Below, one piece after another: positions 38,006 to 47,153 of a DNA stretch of 64,000 nucleotides (position 1 is its first letter; each line of letters begins with the position of its first letter). The DNA comes from an uncultured Pelagibacteraceae bacterium. GTDB lineage: Bacteria; Pseudomonadota; Alphaproteobacteria; Pelagibacterales; Pelagibacteraceae. The position numbers and the translations under genes are program-made. The stretch is from positions 5,943-69,942 of the forward strand of contig CACBFJ010000004.1 in NCBI GenBank assembly GCA_902538495.1, in the 5' to 3' direction. The notes beneath the pieces were generated by a model, which was given only the letters and a program-made list of their open reading frames with translations, searched no databases and had not been told where the DNA came from.

Positions 38006-38983
38006 TTATGAAATTGCAATCAAATTCAAAATTCTTGTTATAAATTTTGATTTTTCTCTGAAAAAATCCAACTGATAATTAATTATCTGATCTCTGTTAT
38101 TTCCTGTTAGAAAATATTGTTTTTTATCATTAACTTTCAAATTTCCTTTCTTAATTAAAAATTTACATTTTCTTATAACTGTTGCTCTTGGAATATTTGT
38201 CATTTCTGAAATAGACATGGCACTCAAACCTGGTTTGGTTAACTGAAGAGGATTAGAAAATGTATTATCAACAAAATGTCTGTTATCTCTATTCATAGAA
38301 AAGTCTCTTGGAAATGTTTTTGTATTTAATGCTTGATGCATCATAATTGTTCCTATGACATGAACAGTCGTTAAGTCATTAAACATTTTTTGATAACCAA
38401 TAATCCATGGAATTTGCATTCTATAATACCATCTCCAACATAACGTAAAATTTCTTTTTATTAATTTTTCTAAACTATTCTTGTCAATTTTTTTATCATA
38501 TATTTTTTCTTTATTTAAAAGCTCTCCTACTCTAGCAAGATATTTAGCAGTTAGTGGTATTTGATTTTGTGGTTTAACATATACATAAGCAGATCCATCA
38601 ATTTCAACTTGTTTTTTTTTTCTCTTGATAACACCTAATTTTTCTAGTTCTAAAACTTTACGTCTTAAAGTTTCTTTAGGTAAATTAAGTTTTTCACATA
38701 ATTCTGAGATACTAAACTTATCTATTTTTAAATTATCTTTTGCATAATATTGGTCATAATTTTGTGTAATATTAACTTGATGATAGAAATTTAAAGTTTT
38801 TTCAACTAGAGAAATTATTATCAAAAATTTTATATGATCTTGAAAAGACTTGTAGATTCCATTAATCCAATTCCACTGATGTGTTATCCAATCCGTACCT
38901 AGGGCTTCATAATTTTGTAGAATACAATTATAAACTTGATCCTCAGAGAGTGTTTTTGAAAAATCTATTTGTTTAACTTCCAT
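38006..38983 (-). CDS. Hypothetical DNA-binding protein with two winged-HTH-like repeats
   Basis: SISELCEKLNLPKETLRRKVLELEKLGVI and SAMSISEMTNIPRATVIRKCKFLIKKGNL. Confidence 0.72.
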   Translation of the reverse strand: MEVKQIDFSKTLSEDQVYNCILQNYEALGTDWITHQWNWINGIYKSFQDHIKFLIIISLVEKTLNFYHQVNITQNYDQYYAKDNLKIDKFSISELCEKLNLPKETLRRKVLELEKLGVIKRKKKQVEIDGSAYVYVKPQNQIPLTAKYLARVGELLNKEKIYDKKIDKNSLEKLIKRNFTLCWRWYYRMQIPWIIGYQKMFNDLTTVHVIGTIMMHQALNTKTFPRDFSMNRDNRHFVDNTFSNPLQLTKPGLSAMSISEMTNIPRATVIRKCKFLIKKGNLKVNDKKQYFLTGNNRDQIINYQLDFFREKSKFITRILNLIAIS

Positions 38984-39004
38984 AAATTAAAATTAGATAT
39001 TAAT

Positions 39005-39050
39005 GACCCAAATTGAACACATGTCAACTAAATACAGACCCATATTGGAC
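39005..39050. promoter_or_regulatory. Pair of 14-bp quasi-palindromic direct repeats (operator candidates)
   Basis: GACCCAAATTGAAC (39005-39018) and GACCCATATTGGAC (39037-39050): 12/14 identical, starts 32 bp apart. Confidence 0.55.
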
Positions 39051-39096
39051 TTTTTTGTAAATTGAAAAAATTTACACTCTATGATTTATAGATTGT

Positions 39097-39309
39097 ATGA
39101 AAAATAAAGGCTTTACAGATTTAAATACCGAAATCGAGACCCCAAATGATTTCAGTGAAGCTGGAAAGCCTTTAAAAAGAAGAGTTGATATCAACCTTTT
39201 AAAATCAAAACTTCAAGAGACTGAGAGTAGAGAGTTCAAAAAAAATCTTATCATTTTAATATTGTTATTTACAATGTTAGGAGTTTTAGGGATAAACCTC
39301 TCATTATAA
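39097..39309 (+). CDS. Small protein with C-terminal TM anchor
   Basis: MKNKGF...VDINLLKSKLQ followed by a basic stretch and hydrophobic tail. Confidence 0.7.
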   Translation: MKNKGFTDLNTEIETPNDFSEAGKPLKRRVDINLLKSKLQETESREFKKNLIILILLFTMLGVLGINLSL

Positions 39310-39350
39310 TGAAATTTGCAAATATATGTTTTTCATGGTTTAATAGTTTA

Positions 39351-39557
39351 ATGAAAAATTCTGGTTTTAACGTTAAAGAAAAATTAATTGAAAAATATCT
39401 TTTTAAAGACAATATAAAAAACCAAACAAAAAGTACAAATATTAATGTTTTACTTAACAGAGTTAAGAGTGAAAAGAAAAATGAAAGTATGAAAAAATTA
39501 TATTTTTCTGCAGCAGCTTCTACTGGTTTGGTATTATTTGGACTTCTAATTTTCTAA
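39351..39557 (+). CDS. Small protein with C-terminal TM anchor, apparent paralog of the preceding gene
   Basis: Second ATG gives MKNSGF, matching MKNKGF; TNINVLLNRVK followed by a basic stretch and hydrophobic tail; the ORF track starts it at 39309. Confidence 0.65.
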   Translation: MKNSGFNVKEKLIEKYLFKDNIKNQTKSTNINVLLNRVKSEKKNESMKKLYFSAAASTGLVLFGLLIF

Positions 39558-39560
39558 AAT

Positions 39561-40595
39561 TTATTTCGTAAAAGTTTCATTAAACTGATTGCTAACTCTT
39601 ACAAAAGTCGTACACTTACTTAGTTGTTTTAAAGATGGTGCACCAACGTAAGTACAGCTGCTTCTTACACCACCAAGAATATTTAAAATAGTATCATTAA
39701 TTTTTCCTCGGTAATTAATCTTCACAGATCTTCCCTCACTGCTCCTGTAATTGGAAAGACCTCCATAATGTTTTTTATTAGCAACTTCAGAACTAGAGCC
39801 ATAAAATTCGATATATTTTGAGCCATTTTTTTTGATTATTTTTCCACCTCCTTCGTCATGTCCTGCTAACATTCCACCCAACATAACAAAATCAGCACCT
39901 CCACCAAAACCTTTTGCAACATCACCAGGACAAGTACAACCTCCATCAGCAATAATGTGTGCTCCTAAACCATGAGCTGCATCTGCGCACTCAATTACAG
40001 CACTTAATTGAGGATAACCAACTCCTGTTTGTATTCTTGTAGTACATACACTTCCAGGTCCGATACCAACTTTTACAATATCAGCTCCACTTAAAACTAA
40101 TTCTTGTGTCATATCTGCGGTAACAACGTTTCCTGCAATGATAGTTTTTGTTGGATATTTATCTCTTACAGATTTTATGAAATTAGTAAAATGTTCTGTA
40201 TATCCATTAGCTACATCTATACATATAAATTTAAAAAAACTAAACTCTTTTAATACTTTATCTAAAGTTTGAAAATCTTCTTTTTTAATACCAACACTTA
40301 AAGCTATATTTTGATAAATTTTTTTAATATTTTTATTTTGTTTAATTTTTTTAACATCGTGTTGTTTTGTAAGACATGTTATCATGCCATGCTCGTTTAA
40401 CTTTTCTGCTACACTAAGTTCTCCAACGCCATCCATATTGGCAGCTATTATTGGAATTCCTGACCATTCATTTTTACTGTATTTAAATCGATAAGTTCTT
40501 AATAGATTTACATCCTTACGACTTTTTAATGTGCTTCTTTTGGGTCTAAATAAGACATCTGAGTAGTCTAATTTAAGCTCTTCTTCTATTCTCAT
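39561..40595 (-). CDS. guaC: GMP reductase
   Basis: [49 protein letters not shown]. Confidence 0.95.
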   Translation of the reverse strand: MRIEEELKLDYSDVLFRPKRSTLKSRKDVNLLRTYRFKYSKNEWSGIPIIAANMDGVGELSVAEKLNEHGMITCLTKQHDVKKIKQNKNIKKIYQNIALSVGIKKEDFQTLDKVLKEFSFFKFICIDVANGYTEHFTNFIKSVRDKYPTKTIIAGNVVTADMTQELVLSGADIVKVGIGPGSVCTTRIQTGVGYPQLSAVIECADAAHGLGAHIIADGGCTCPGDVAKGFGGGADFVMLGGMLAGHDEGGGKIIKKNGSKYIEFYGSSSEVANKKHYGGLSNYRSSEGRSVKINYRGKINDTILNILGGVRSSCTYVGAPSLKQLSKCTTFVRVSNQFNETFTK

Positions 40596-40689
40596 TTAAG
40601 TGAAAGATAACTTTGATATTTGAAATATCAATTATATTATTAGTTGAAAAAAATACTTTTAGTGGATAATTAACACTTATTTTAGGTAA

Positions 40690-42819
40690 ATGATTAGGTA
40701 CGTTTTATTTATATTTTTCTTTTTTGTTTTTAGCTCAAATTCATTTGGTTTTATAACATTTAAACAATCAAAAGATATTTCATCAGACGCAACAGGTCTT
40801 AGACAAATAAATTTTAAACCCGATGGAACAATTATGTATGTCACCAATCGTGAAAAAAATACCGTATCTGAGGTTGATAGTGTAATACAATATTCTTTAA
40901 GCACTCCATTTGATATTAGCACGGCGAATCTAACCTCTTCTACTACATTAACAAATATAGATAAACCTCATGCAATACATTTTAAGCCAGATGGAAAAGT
41001 AATGTATGTCGTGGATAATGGATCTCTTACAATAGAACAATACAATTTAACTACTGCTTGGGATAGTTCTACTTTAGTTCACGACGATAATTTTACTATA
41101 TCGGATGAAAATCAATTAAGATCATTAGCTTTTAAATATGATGGAACCAGAATGTACGTAACTGGTAATGAGACTGAGGTAGTACAACAATTTACATTGT
41201 CTACTCCCTGGGATGTAACTAGCGCAACAAAAGACTCAACAGAGTCTCCAGCTTTAACGGGAAAAGAAGCCAAACCAAGAAGTATTCAATTTAATTCAGA
41301 TGGAACCATATTTTATATAGGTGGCGAAGGAACAGACTCTATTCATAAATACACTCTATCAACTCCTTGGGACGTAAGCACATTAGAATTTTCTCAGTCA
41401 TATTCATTTAGTGCTCAAGTTTCATCATCTGGTAATTCAATTATGGCAGGTTTTATTTTTACAGCCAATTTTACAAAATTATATATTACTCAAGATACAG
41501 ACTCTAGACAAAGTCAGACAGGTGTAAATACTGTATATGAATATAGTGTGGCTTGTGCTGAAACTATAACTTGTCTTGATGCTTCAACTAATGCTGATGT
41601 AAAAGCTATCATTGAAGCTAATGTAGAGTCAGCTAAGCGTATTATTCAAAGCAACACCCTTCCAATATTTCATAGAATGGAATGGTTAAGAAGACATAAA
41701 AATAAAGATAACCTTTCTAATTTGAATGCAGAAATTGATTTTACAAATCAAACTGTTGCAAAATTTGCTAGCGCTCTTAAGTCTTTAAAAAAAGAAAAGG
41801 ATCGTTCTTACAATAGTGATGATTGGTTTGAATGGAGTGAAGGAAGAATTGTTTTAGGAAACAAACATGCTCGAAATACGTCCTCTAGAGATTTTCATAA
41901 TCTGGGTGTTTCAATAGGTGCTGATAGAATTAAAAAAGAAGATAGAGATAAAATGTATGGTTATGTTTTTCAGTATGGAACAGATGTTATTCACATTGGT
42001 GGTAATGGTACAAAAATAAATACTGATGCTTACAGCTTAGCTCTATATGAAACAAAACTTAGAGACAATCAATTTTTCACGGATGGTATTATTGGTATCA
42101 GTCATCTTGATATTGACCATAAAAGAGTAATTAATGGAAATACGTTAAGAGGTGACAGAGAAGGACAACAAATATTTGGCTCAATTAATTTTGGAAAAAG
42201 AATTATAGATGAAAAATTTAATTTAAATCCAGGAATTAAATTAGATCTTGGATACACTAAACTTAAAATATTGAGGGAACAAACTACAATAGGTAATAGT
42301 CTTGCAGACTCATTAATTTATAAAGAACAAGAAATTAAAACCGCGATTGCAACAATTGGAATTCTTTTTGATACTACAGACAAACAAGGTGACACAATTA
42401 TAAATCATCATGGAAGGTTAGAATATGTTGGGGATCTAAGCTCATCTTCTGACTCAGACTTTTATTTTATCAATAATCCGAGCACATTATATAATTACAC
42501 ATCAAATAATAAATCAGAACATAATTACAGGGTTGGTTATGGTATTGATACAACTTCGATTTCTGGCTGGTCAACAGTGGTAAATTTTGAAAGATTTGGT
42601 GCTAGAGGCAAAGGTCATAGTAATGAACTCTATTTATCTGTAGGATATGTACCAATTGATGAAATTAAATATGCATTTAAAATAAATGATTTTAAAAATG
42701 CTGGATTAGAATTTACCAGAGAAGTGAATGATTTAGATTTAAAGATTGTTACAAATTATGATTTTTTAAGTGTTACACCTAATTACAATGCAAATATTTC
42801 AATAAGCAATAGCTTTTAA
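40690..42819 (+). CDS. Autotransporter-domain outer membrane protein with a beta-propeller-like passenger
   Basis: Signal peptide; repeats F.PDG..MYV / Y.LSTP.D.S; helical linker; barrel beginning WSEG.I..G; terminal Phe. Confidence 0.8.
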   Translation: MIRYVLFIFFFFVFSSNSFGFITFKQSKDISSDATGLRQINFKPDGTIMYVTNREKNTVSEVDSVIQYSLSTPFDISTANLTSSTTLTNIDKPHAIHFKPDGKVMYVVDNGSLTIEQYNLTTAWDSSTLVHDDNFTISDENQLRSLAFKYDGTRMYVTGNETEVVQQFTLSTPWDVTSATKDSTESPALTGKEAKPRSIQFNSDGTIFYIGGEGTDSIHKYTLSTPWDVSTLEFSQSYSFSAQVSSSGNSIMAGFIFTANFTKLYITQDTDSRQSQTGVNTVYEYSVACAETITCLDASTNADVKAIIEANVESAKRIIQSNTLPIFHRMEWLRRHKNKDNLSNLNAEIDFTNQTVAKFASALKSLKKEKDRSYNSDDWFEWSEGRIVLGNKHARNTSSRDFHNLGVSIGADRIKKEDRDKMYGYVFQYGTDVIHIGGNGTKINTDAYSLALYETKLRDNQFFTDGIIGISHLDIDHKRVINGNTLRGDREGQQIFGSINFGKRIIDEKFNLNPGIKLDLGYTKLKILREQTTIGNSLADSLIYKEQEIKTAIATIGILFDTTDKQGDTIINHHGRLEYVGDLSSSSDSDFYFINNPSTLYNYTSNNKSEHNYRVGYGIDTTSISGWSTVVNFERFGARGKGHSNELYLSVGYVPIDEIKYAFKINDFKNAGLEFTREVNDLDLKIVTNYDFLSVTPNYNANISISNSF

Positions 42820-42877
42820 TATTTCTTTAGTGTTTGAAAGAAAAAATAAAAGTAGTATATATCAAAAATAATTTAAT

Positions 42878-42954
42878 GGCGGGGTAGCTCAGTTGGTTAG
42901 AGCGCAGGACTCATAAGCCTGAGGTCAGTGGTTCGATCCCACTTCCCGCTACCA
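42878..42954 (+). tRNA. tRNA-Met(CAT), elongator type
   Basis: GGCGGGG/TCCCGCT acceptor stem, TAGCTCAGTTGGTTAGAGC D-arm, CAGGA-CTCATAA-GCCTG anticodon arm, GTTCGAT T-loop, encoded CCA. Confidence 0.95.
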
Positions 42955-42959
42955 TTTAA

Positions 42960-43997
42960 ATGAAAAAAATTCTTTCTGTAATTGGTATATGCTTAGTATT
43001 TGTTTTGTTGATTGACTTCTTATTTGGGGCTTATTTATTAAAATTTACCCCCAAAAAAATCGATTATACAACTATTCACAATGTTTATGATCATGATCTA
43101 AAAAAAAGTTTCAAAGGAAATTTAGAATGGTCTCCCAACGAAACATATCTTTTTTGTTCTAATAAAAATTCATTTAGGACTTTTTGTGATAAAATGGATT
43201 TTGAGTCAAAAGAATTTGATATAGCATTCATAGGAGATAGTTTTACAGAAGGTGTTGGGGTTAATTATGAAGATACTTTTGTTGGAAGAATTGAAAATAA
43301 ATTTGACAAGTTAAAGATTGCTAATTTAGGTGTTGTATCTTATTCGCCATCAATCTATTTCACTAAGTTAAGATATTTATTAGAAAATGGTTACAAATTC
43401 AAAAGAGTAATCATTTATTTTGATATTAGCGATATATATGACGACAATAGAAAATACAGATTAATAGATAACAAAATAAGTAGAAAAAAATCAGTAATTT
43501 TATCTAATATCCAAAGAACCCTGAAATCAACTTTTCCATTTTTGGCATATTCGTTAAAAGTATTGAAGAATGATGTATTTAAAAAAACAGATGTAATAGA
43601 TAAATGTACTTATCTAGATTTCTGTCATGAAAAAAGTTCGTGGACTTTTAACAATAAGTTTTTTGGAGATAAAGAAATTAGTAAATCATTAGAATTTATG
43701 GAAATGACATATGAACTTTTACAGAAAAATGATATTAAAATGTCAGTTGGAATTTATCCTTGGCCAGCTCAAATTTTGTACGATAATAGTCAATCGAAGA
43801 TTGTTAAATTAATGAATAATTTTTGTGTAAACAAATGTGAGTTTTTCTTTAACAATTTTACTGATTTCTTTAATGAAATTACTTTTACTGAAAAAGAAAA
43901 AATTATTTCTAAGTATTATATTGAAGGTGATGTACATTTTAATTCTTTAGGTAATGAAAAAATATTTAAAAATTTTGTAAGAACCTTCAAAAATTAA
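42960..43997 (+). CDS. Membrane-anchored SGNH/GDSL-like hydrolase or acetyltransferase
   Basis: N-terminal TM, FIGDSFTEG, NLGV.SYSP, C-terminal GDVHFN..G. Confidence 0.78.
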   Translation: MKKILSVIGICLVFVLLIDFLFGAYLLKFTPKKIDYTTIHNVYDHDLKKSFKGNLEWSPNETYLFCSNKNSFRTFCDKMDFESKEFDIAFIGDSFTEGVGVNYEDTFVGRIENKFDKLKIANLGVVSYSPSIYFTKLRYLLENGYKFKRVIIYFDISDIYDDNRKYRLIDNKISRKKSVILSNIQRTLKSTFPFLAYSLKVLKNDVFKKTDVIDKCTYLDFCHEKSSWTFNNKFFGDKEISKSLEFMEMTYELLQKNDIKMSVGIYPWPAQILYDNSQSKIVKLMNNFCVNKCEFFFNNFTDFFNEITFTEKEKIISKYYIEGDVHFNSLGNEKIFKNFVRTFKN

Positions 43998-44521
43998 TGT
44001 CCAGGAAATTCTATTAAATTTTCAACTTTAAAACCTTTATCTTCAAGCTTTTTGCATCCATCCAAATCAAATAAATTTATAACAAAAATAAATGCTGCAA
44101 CATTAGCATCCGACATTTTAATTAACTTAGCAGCAGCTTCAGCTGTTCCCCCAGTAGCAATTAAATCGTCAATGATTAAAACATTATCATTTTTCTCAAA
44201 AGAGTCCTTATGAACTTCAATTGTAGCTGTTCCATATTCTAACTCGAAATCAACTGAGTGAACTTCTGCAGGAAGTTTATTTTTTTTCCTAAGCATAATA
44301 AAAGGTTTTTTCAAAACAAATGAGACTGCTGAAGCAAAAACAAATCCTCGAGACTCAATTGCAGCGATCTTATCAAAATCATATTTTTTAGACCTTTCAA
44401 CTATTTGACTAATTGCTTCAGCAAATGCATCTTTATCTTTAATTAGTGTAGTAATATCTCTAAAAAGAATTCCCTTTTTTGGATAGTCTTGAATAGATCT
44501 TATAAAATCTTTTAAATTCAT
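43994..44521 (-). CDS. apt: Adenine phosphoribosyltransferase
   Basis: DYPK.GILFRDIT, ESRGF, LEYG, IIDDLIATGGT. Confidence 0.96.
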   Translation of the reverse strand: MNLKDFIRSIQDYPKKGILFRDITTLIKDKDAFAEAISQIVERSKKYDFDKIAAIESRGFVFASAVSFVLKKPFIMLRKKNKLPAEVHSVDFELEYGTATIEVHKDSFEKNDNVLIIDDLIATGGTAEAAAKLIKMSDANVAAFIFVINLFDLDGCKKLEDKGFKVENLIEFPGH

Positions 44522-44562
44522 AATAAGTAATTATTGAAGTATAAATAATTTATATTTTAAAC

Positions 44563-45435
44563 ATGACAAGAAATAAATTAGCAATAATTGGTGGAAGCGG
44601 TCTATATGATGTAGAGGAATTTACTGACAGGGAATTAATAGATTTAAATACTCCCTGGGGTAAGCCATCTGATCAAATTTTAAAAACAATATATAAAAAT
44701 AAGGAAGTTTATTTTTTACCAAGACATGGAAGAGGTCATTTCATTTCACCCTCAAATATTAACTTTAGAGCCAATATTGATGCACTGAAACAATTAGGGG
44801 TTACAGACATCGTATCTGTTTCAGCTGTCGGATCATTAAAAGAGGATTTACCTCCCGGAAAGTTTGTAATAGTAGATCAATTTATAGATAGAACTTTCTC
44901 TAGGGTAAAAACATTTTTTGATAATGAAATAGTTGCACATGTTTCTATGGCTCATCCAACATCTAATGGTTTGATGAACGCATGTGAAGAGGCGATAAAA
45001 AAAGAGAAAATTCAATATCAAAGAAATGGAACATACGTTGTTATGGAAGGCCCTCAATTTTCTACTTTGGCAGAATCAAATTTATATAGATCATGGAAAG
45101 CTGATGTAATTGGAATGACAAATATGCCTGAAGCGAAATTAGCTAGAGAGGCTGAGATCAGATATGCCTCGGTGTCAATGGTCACAGACTATGATTGTTG
45201 GCATCCAGATCATGAGAATGTTGATGTTCAACAAGTAATAAAAGTTTTGTTAGGCAATGCAGCAAAAGCAAAAAACATGATAAAAAACTTGATAGAAAAT
45301 TTTGAAGATCACATTGATCCTAATGATCCAACCAATAATTGTTTAGATGTTGCAATTATTACAGCACCTGAAAAAAGAACAAAAAAAACAATAGAAAAAC
45401 TTAAAACTGTTGCTGGTAGAGTTTTAAATCAATGA
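44563..45435 (+). CDS. mtnP: S-methyl-5'-thioadenosine phosphorylase
   Basis: IIGGSGLY, RHG.GH, EGPQFST.AES, IGMT.MPEA.LAREA, TDYDCW. Confidence 0.94.
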   Translation: MTRNKLAIIGGSGLYDVEEFTDRELIDLNTPWGKPSDQILKTIYKNKEVYFLPRHGRGHFISPSNINFRANIDALKQLGVTDIVSVSAVGSLKEDLPPGKFVIVDQFIDRTFSRVKTFFDNEIVAHVSMAHPTSNGLMNACEEAIKKEKIQYQRNGTYVVMEGPQFSTLAESNLYRSWKADVIGMTNMPEAKLAREAEIRYASVSMVTDYDCWHPDHENVDVQQVIKVLLGNAAKAKNMIKNLIENFEDHIDPNDPTNNCLDVAIITAPEKRTKKTIEKLKTVAGRVLNQ

Positions 45436-46502
45436 GAATAGAAGGAAAAGAATATCGTACTATTTGGTTTGAAAATAATGTTGTAAAAATTATTGATCAA
45501 ACCAAACTTCCACACCAATTTATTATTAAAGACCTTAAAACAGTTAAGGATACAATAAATGCGATTAAGGTGATGGAAGTAAGAGGTGCACCCCTTATAG
45601 GAGCTACAGCAGCTTATGGAATGGTTTTAGCTATAATTGAAAATAATGACCAATCATTTTTAAAGAAATCTGCAGAAAATTTAATTAGTTCAAGACCAAC
45701 AGCAATAAATTTAAAGTGGGCTGTTGATAGAATGATGAATAAATTATCAGGAGTTAATAGCAATAAAATCTTAGAAATAGCCTTGAATGAAGCAAAAGAT
45801 ATATGTGAAGAGGATGTAAAATTTTGTGAAAATATAGGATTAAATGGACTAAAGATTATTGAGGAAATCTATAATAAAAAAAAAGATACAGTTAATATAT
45901 TAACTCATTGTAATGCAGGTTGGCTTGCAACAATAAATTGGGGGACAGCAACCTCTCCAATTTATCATGCGCATAAAAAAGGGATTCCCATTCATGTGTG
46001 GGCAGATGAAACTAGACCAAGAAATCAAGGAGCAAATCTTACATCTTATGAATTAAATGAAGAAGGAATTAAAAACACAATCATTGCAGATAATACAGGT
46101 GGCATATTAATGCAAAGAGGTGAAGTTGACATGTGTATTGTTGGAACAGACAGAACTCTAGCTAATGGAGATGTTTGTAATAAAGTTGGAACTTATCTTA
46201 AAGCTTTAGCAGCTCATGATAACAAGATTCCTTTTTATGTTGCACTACCAAGTTCAACAATTGATTGGAATATAAAAAATCATAAAGATATCCCAATAGA
46301 GGAGAGAAATTCAGATGAATTATCTCATATTGAAGGTTTAGATGAAAAAGGAGATATAAAAAAAATACAAATTTATCCAAAAAAAAGTAAAGCTATGAAC
46401 TTAGCTTTTGATGTAACCCCAGCAAAATATGTAACAGGCTTAATTACTGAAAAAGGAGTATGTGAAGCATCTGAAAAAGGACTTAAAGATTTATTACAAT
46501 GA
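45432..46502 (+). CDS. mtnA: Methylthioribose-1-phosphate isomerase
   Basis: IDQT.LP, M.VRGAP.IG, SRPTA.NL, LTHCNAG.LAT, DETRPRNQG, NKVGTY. Confidence 0.95.
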   Translation: MRIEGKEYRTIWFENNVVKIIDQTKLPHQFIIKDLKTVKDTINAIKVMEVRGAPLIGATAAYGMVLAIIENNDQSFLKKSAENLISSRPTAINLKWAVDRMMNKLSGVNSNKILEIALNEAKDICEEDVKFCENIGLNGLKIIEEIYNKKKDTVNILTHCNAGWLATINWGTATSPIYHAHKKGIPIHVWADETRPRNQGANLTSYELNEEGIKNTIIADNTGGILMQRGEVDMCIVGTDRTLANGDVCNKVGTYLKALAAHDNKIPFYVALPSSTIDWNIKNHKDIPIEERNSDELSHIEGLDEKGDIKKIQIYPKKSKAMNLAFDVTPAKYVTGLITEKGVCEASEKGLKDLLQ

Positions 46503-47152
46503 AGAATTTAGACCAAAGAAATCAAATTATTGAATATTCGTTAAAATTAAATTCTACGAACCTTTCACCTCTTAGATCAGGCAATATATCATTAAGAGGA
46601 AGAGAAGATGATAAAGAAGGATATTTAATTACTCCATCAGGAAAAAAATATGAAACATTAAAACCTGAAGATATTGTTTTTATGGGTTTAAATGAGGAAG
46701 AAAAAAATGATTTAACTAACAAACCATCATCCGAGTGGAGATTTCATCGAGATATTTATAAAAATAAAAAAGATGCACATGCCATTGTTCATGCTCATTC
46801 TCTACACGCAACAGCTGTATCTTCACATGGAAAATCAATACCACCATTCCATTACATGATTGCACTTGCTGGAGGAGAAGATATTAAATGTGCTGATTAC
46901 GCTACTTTTGGAACCAAAGAGCTATCAAATAATGTAATAAAGGCTTTAGAAAATAGATCTGCTTGTTTAATGTCTAATCACGGCCAGGTTGCTTTTGGAA
47001 AAAATTTAGAGCAAGCATTTGAACTTGCACAAGAGATAGAAAATATTTGTCATCAATACACTATTGCTTTAAAACTAGGACAACCTAAGATACTTTCATT
47101 TGAAGAAATGAAAAAAGTTTTAGATAAGGCTAAAAACTATAAAAAAGGGTAA
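46499..47152 (+). CDS. Class II aldolase (FucA-like; probable Ald2 of the DHAP shunt)
   Basis: SGNIS, ITPSG, PSSEW.FH, VHAHS, YATFGT, NHG; directly after mtnA. Confidence 0.82.
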   Translation: MKNLDQRNQIIEYSLKLNSTNLSPLRSGNISLRGREDDKEGYLITPSGKKYETLKPEDIVFMGLNEEEKNDLTNKPSSEWRFHRDIYKNKKDAHAIVHAHSLHATAVSSHGKSIPPFHYMIALAGGEDIKCADYATFGTKELSNNVIKALENRSACLMSNHGQVAFGKNLEQAFELAQEIENICHQYTIALKLGQPKILSFEEMKKVLDKAKNYKKG

Positions 47153-47153
47153 G

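Noticed and set aside
40780-41560. Repeated DNA motifs such as TCTACTCCCTGGGA / TCAACTCCTTGGGA as a CRISPR or DNA repeat
   Set aside because: They are degenerate, in-frame protein repeats of the propeller domain
42878-42954. Initiator tRNA-fMet, tRNA-Ile2, or a prophage/island att site
   Set aside because: It lacks the C1:A72 mismatch and the three G-C anticodon-stem pairs of fMet, and the acceptor stem resembles elongator Met; no duplicated tRNA 3' end or integrase was seen
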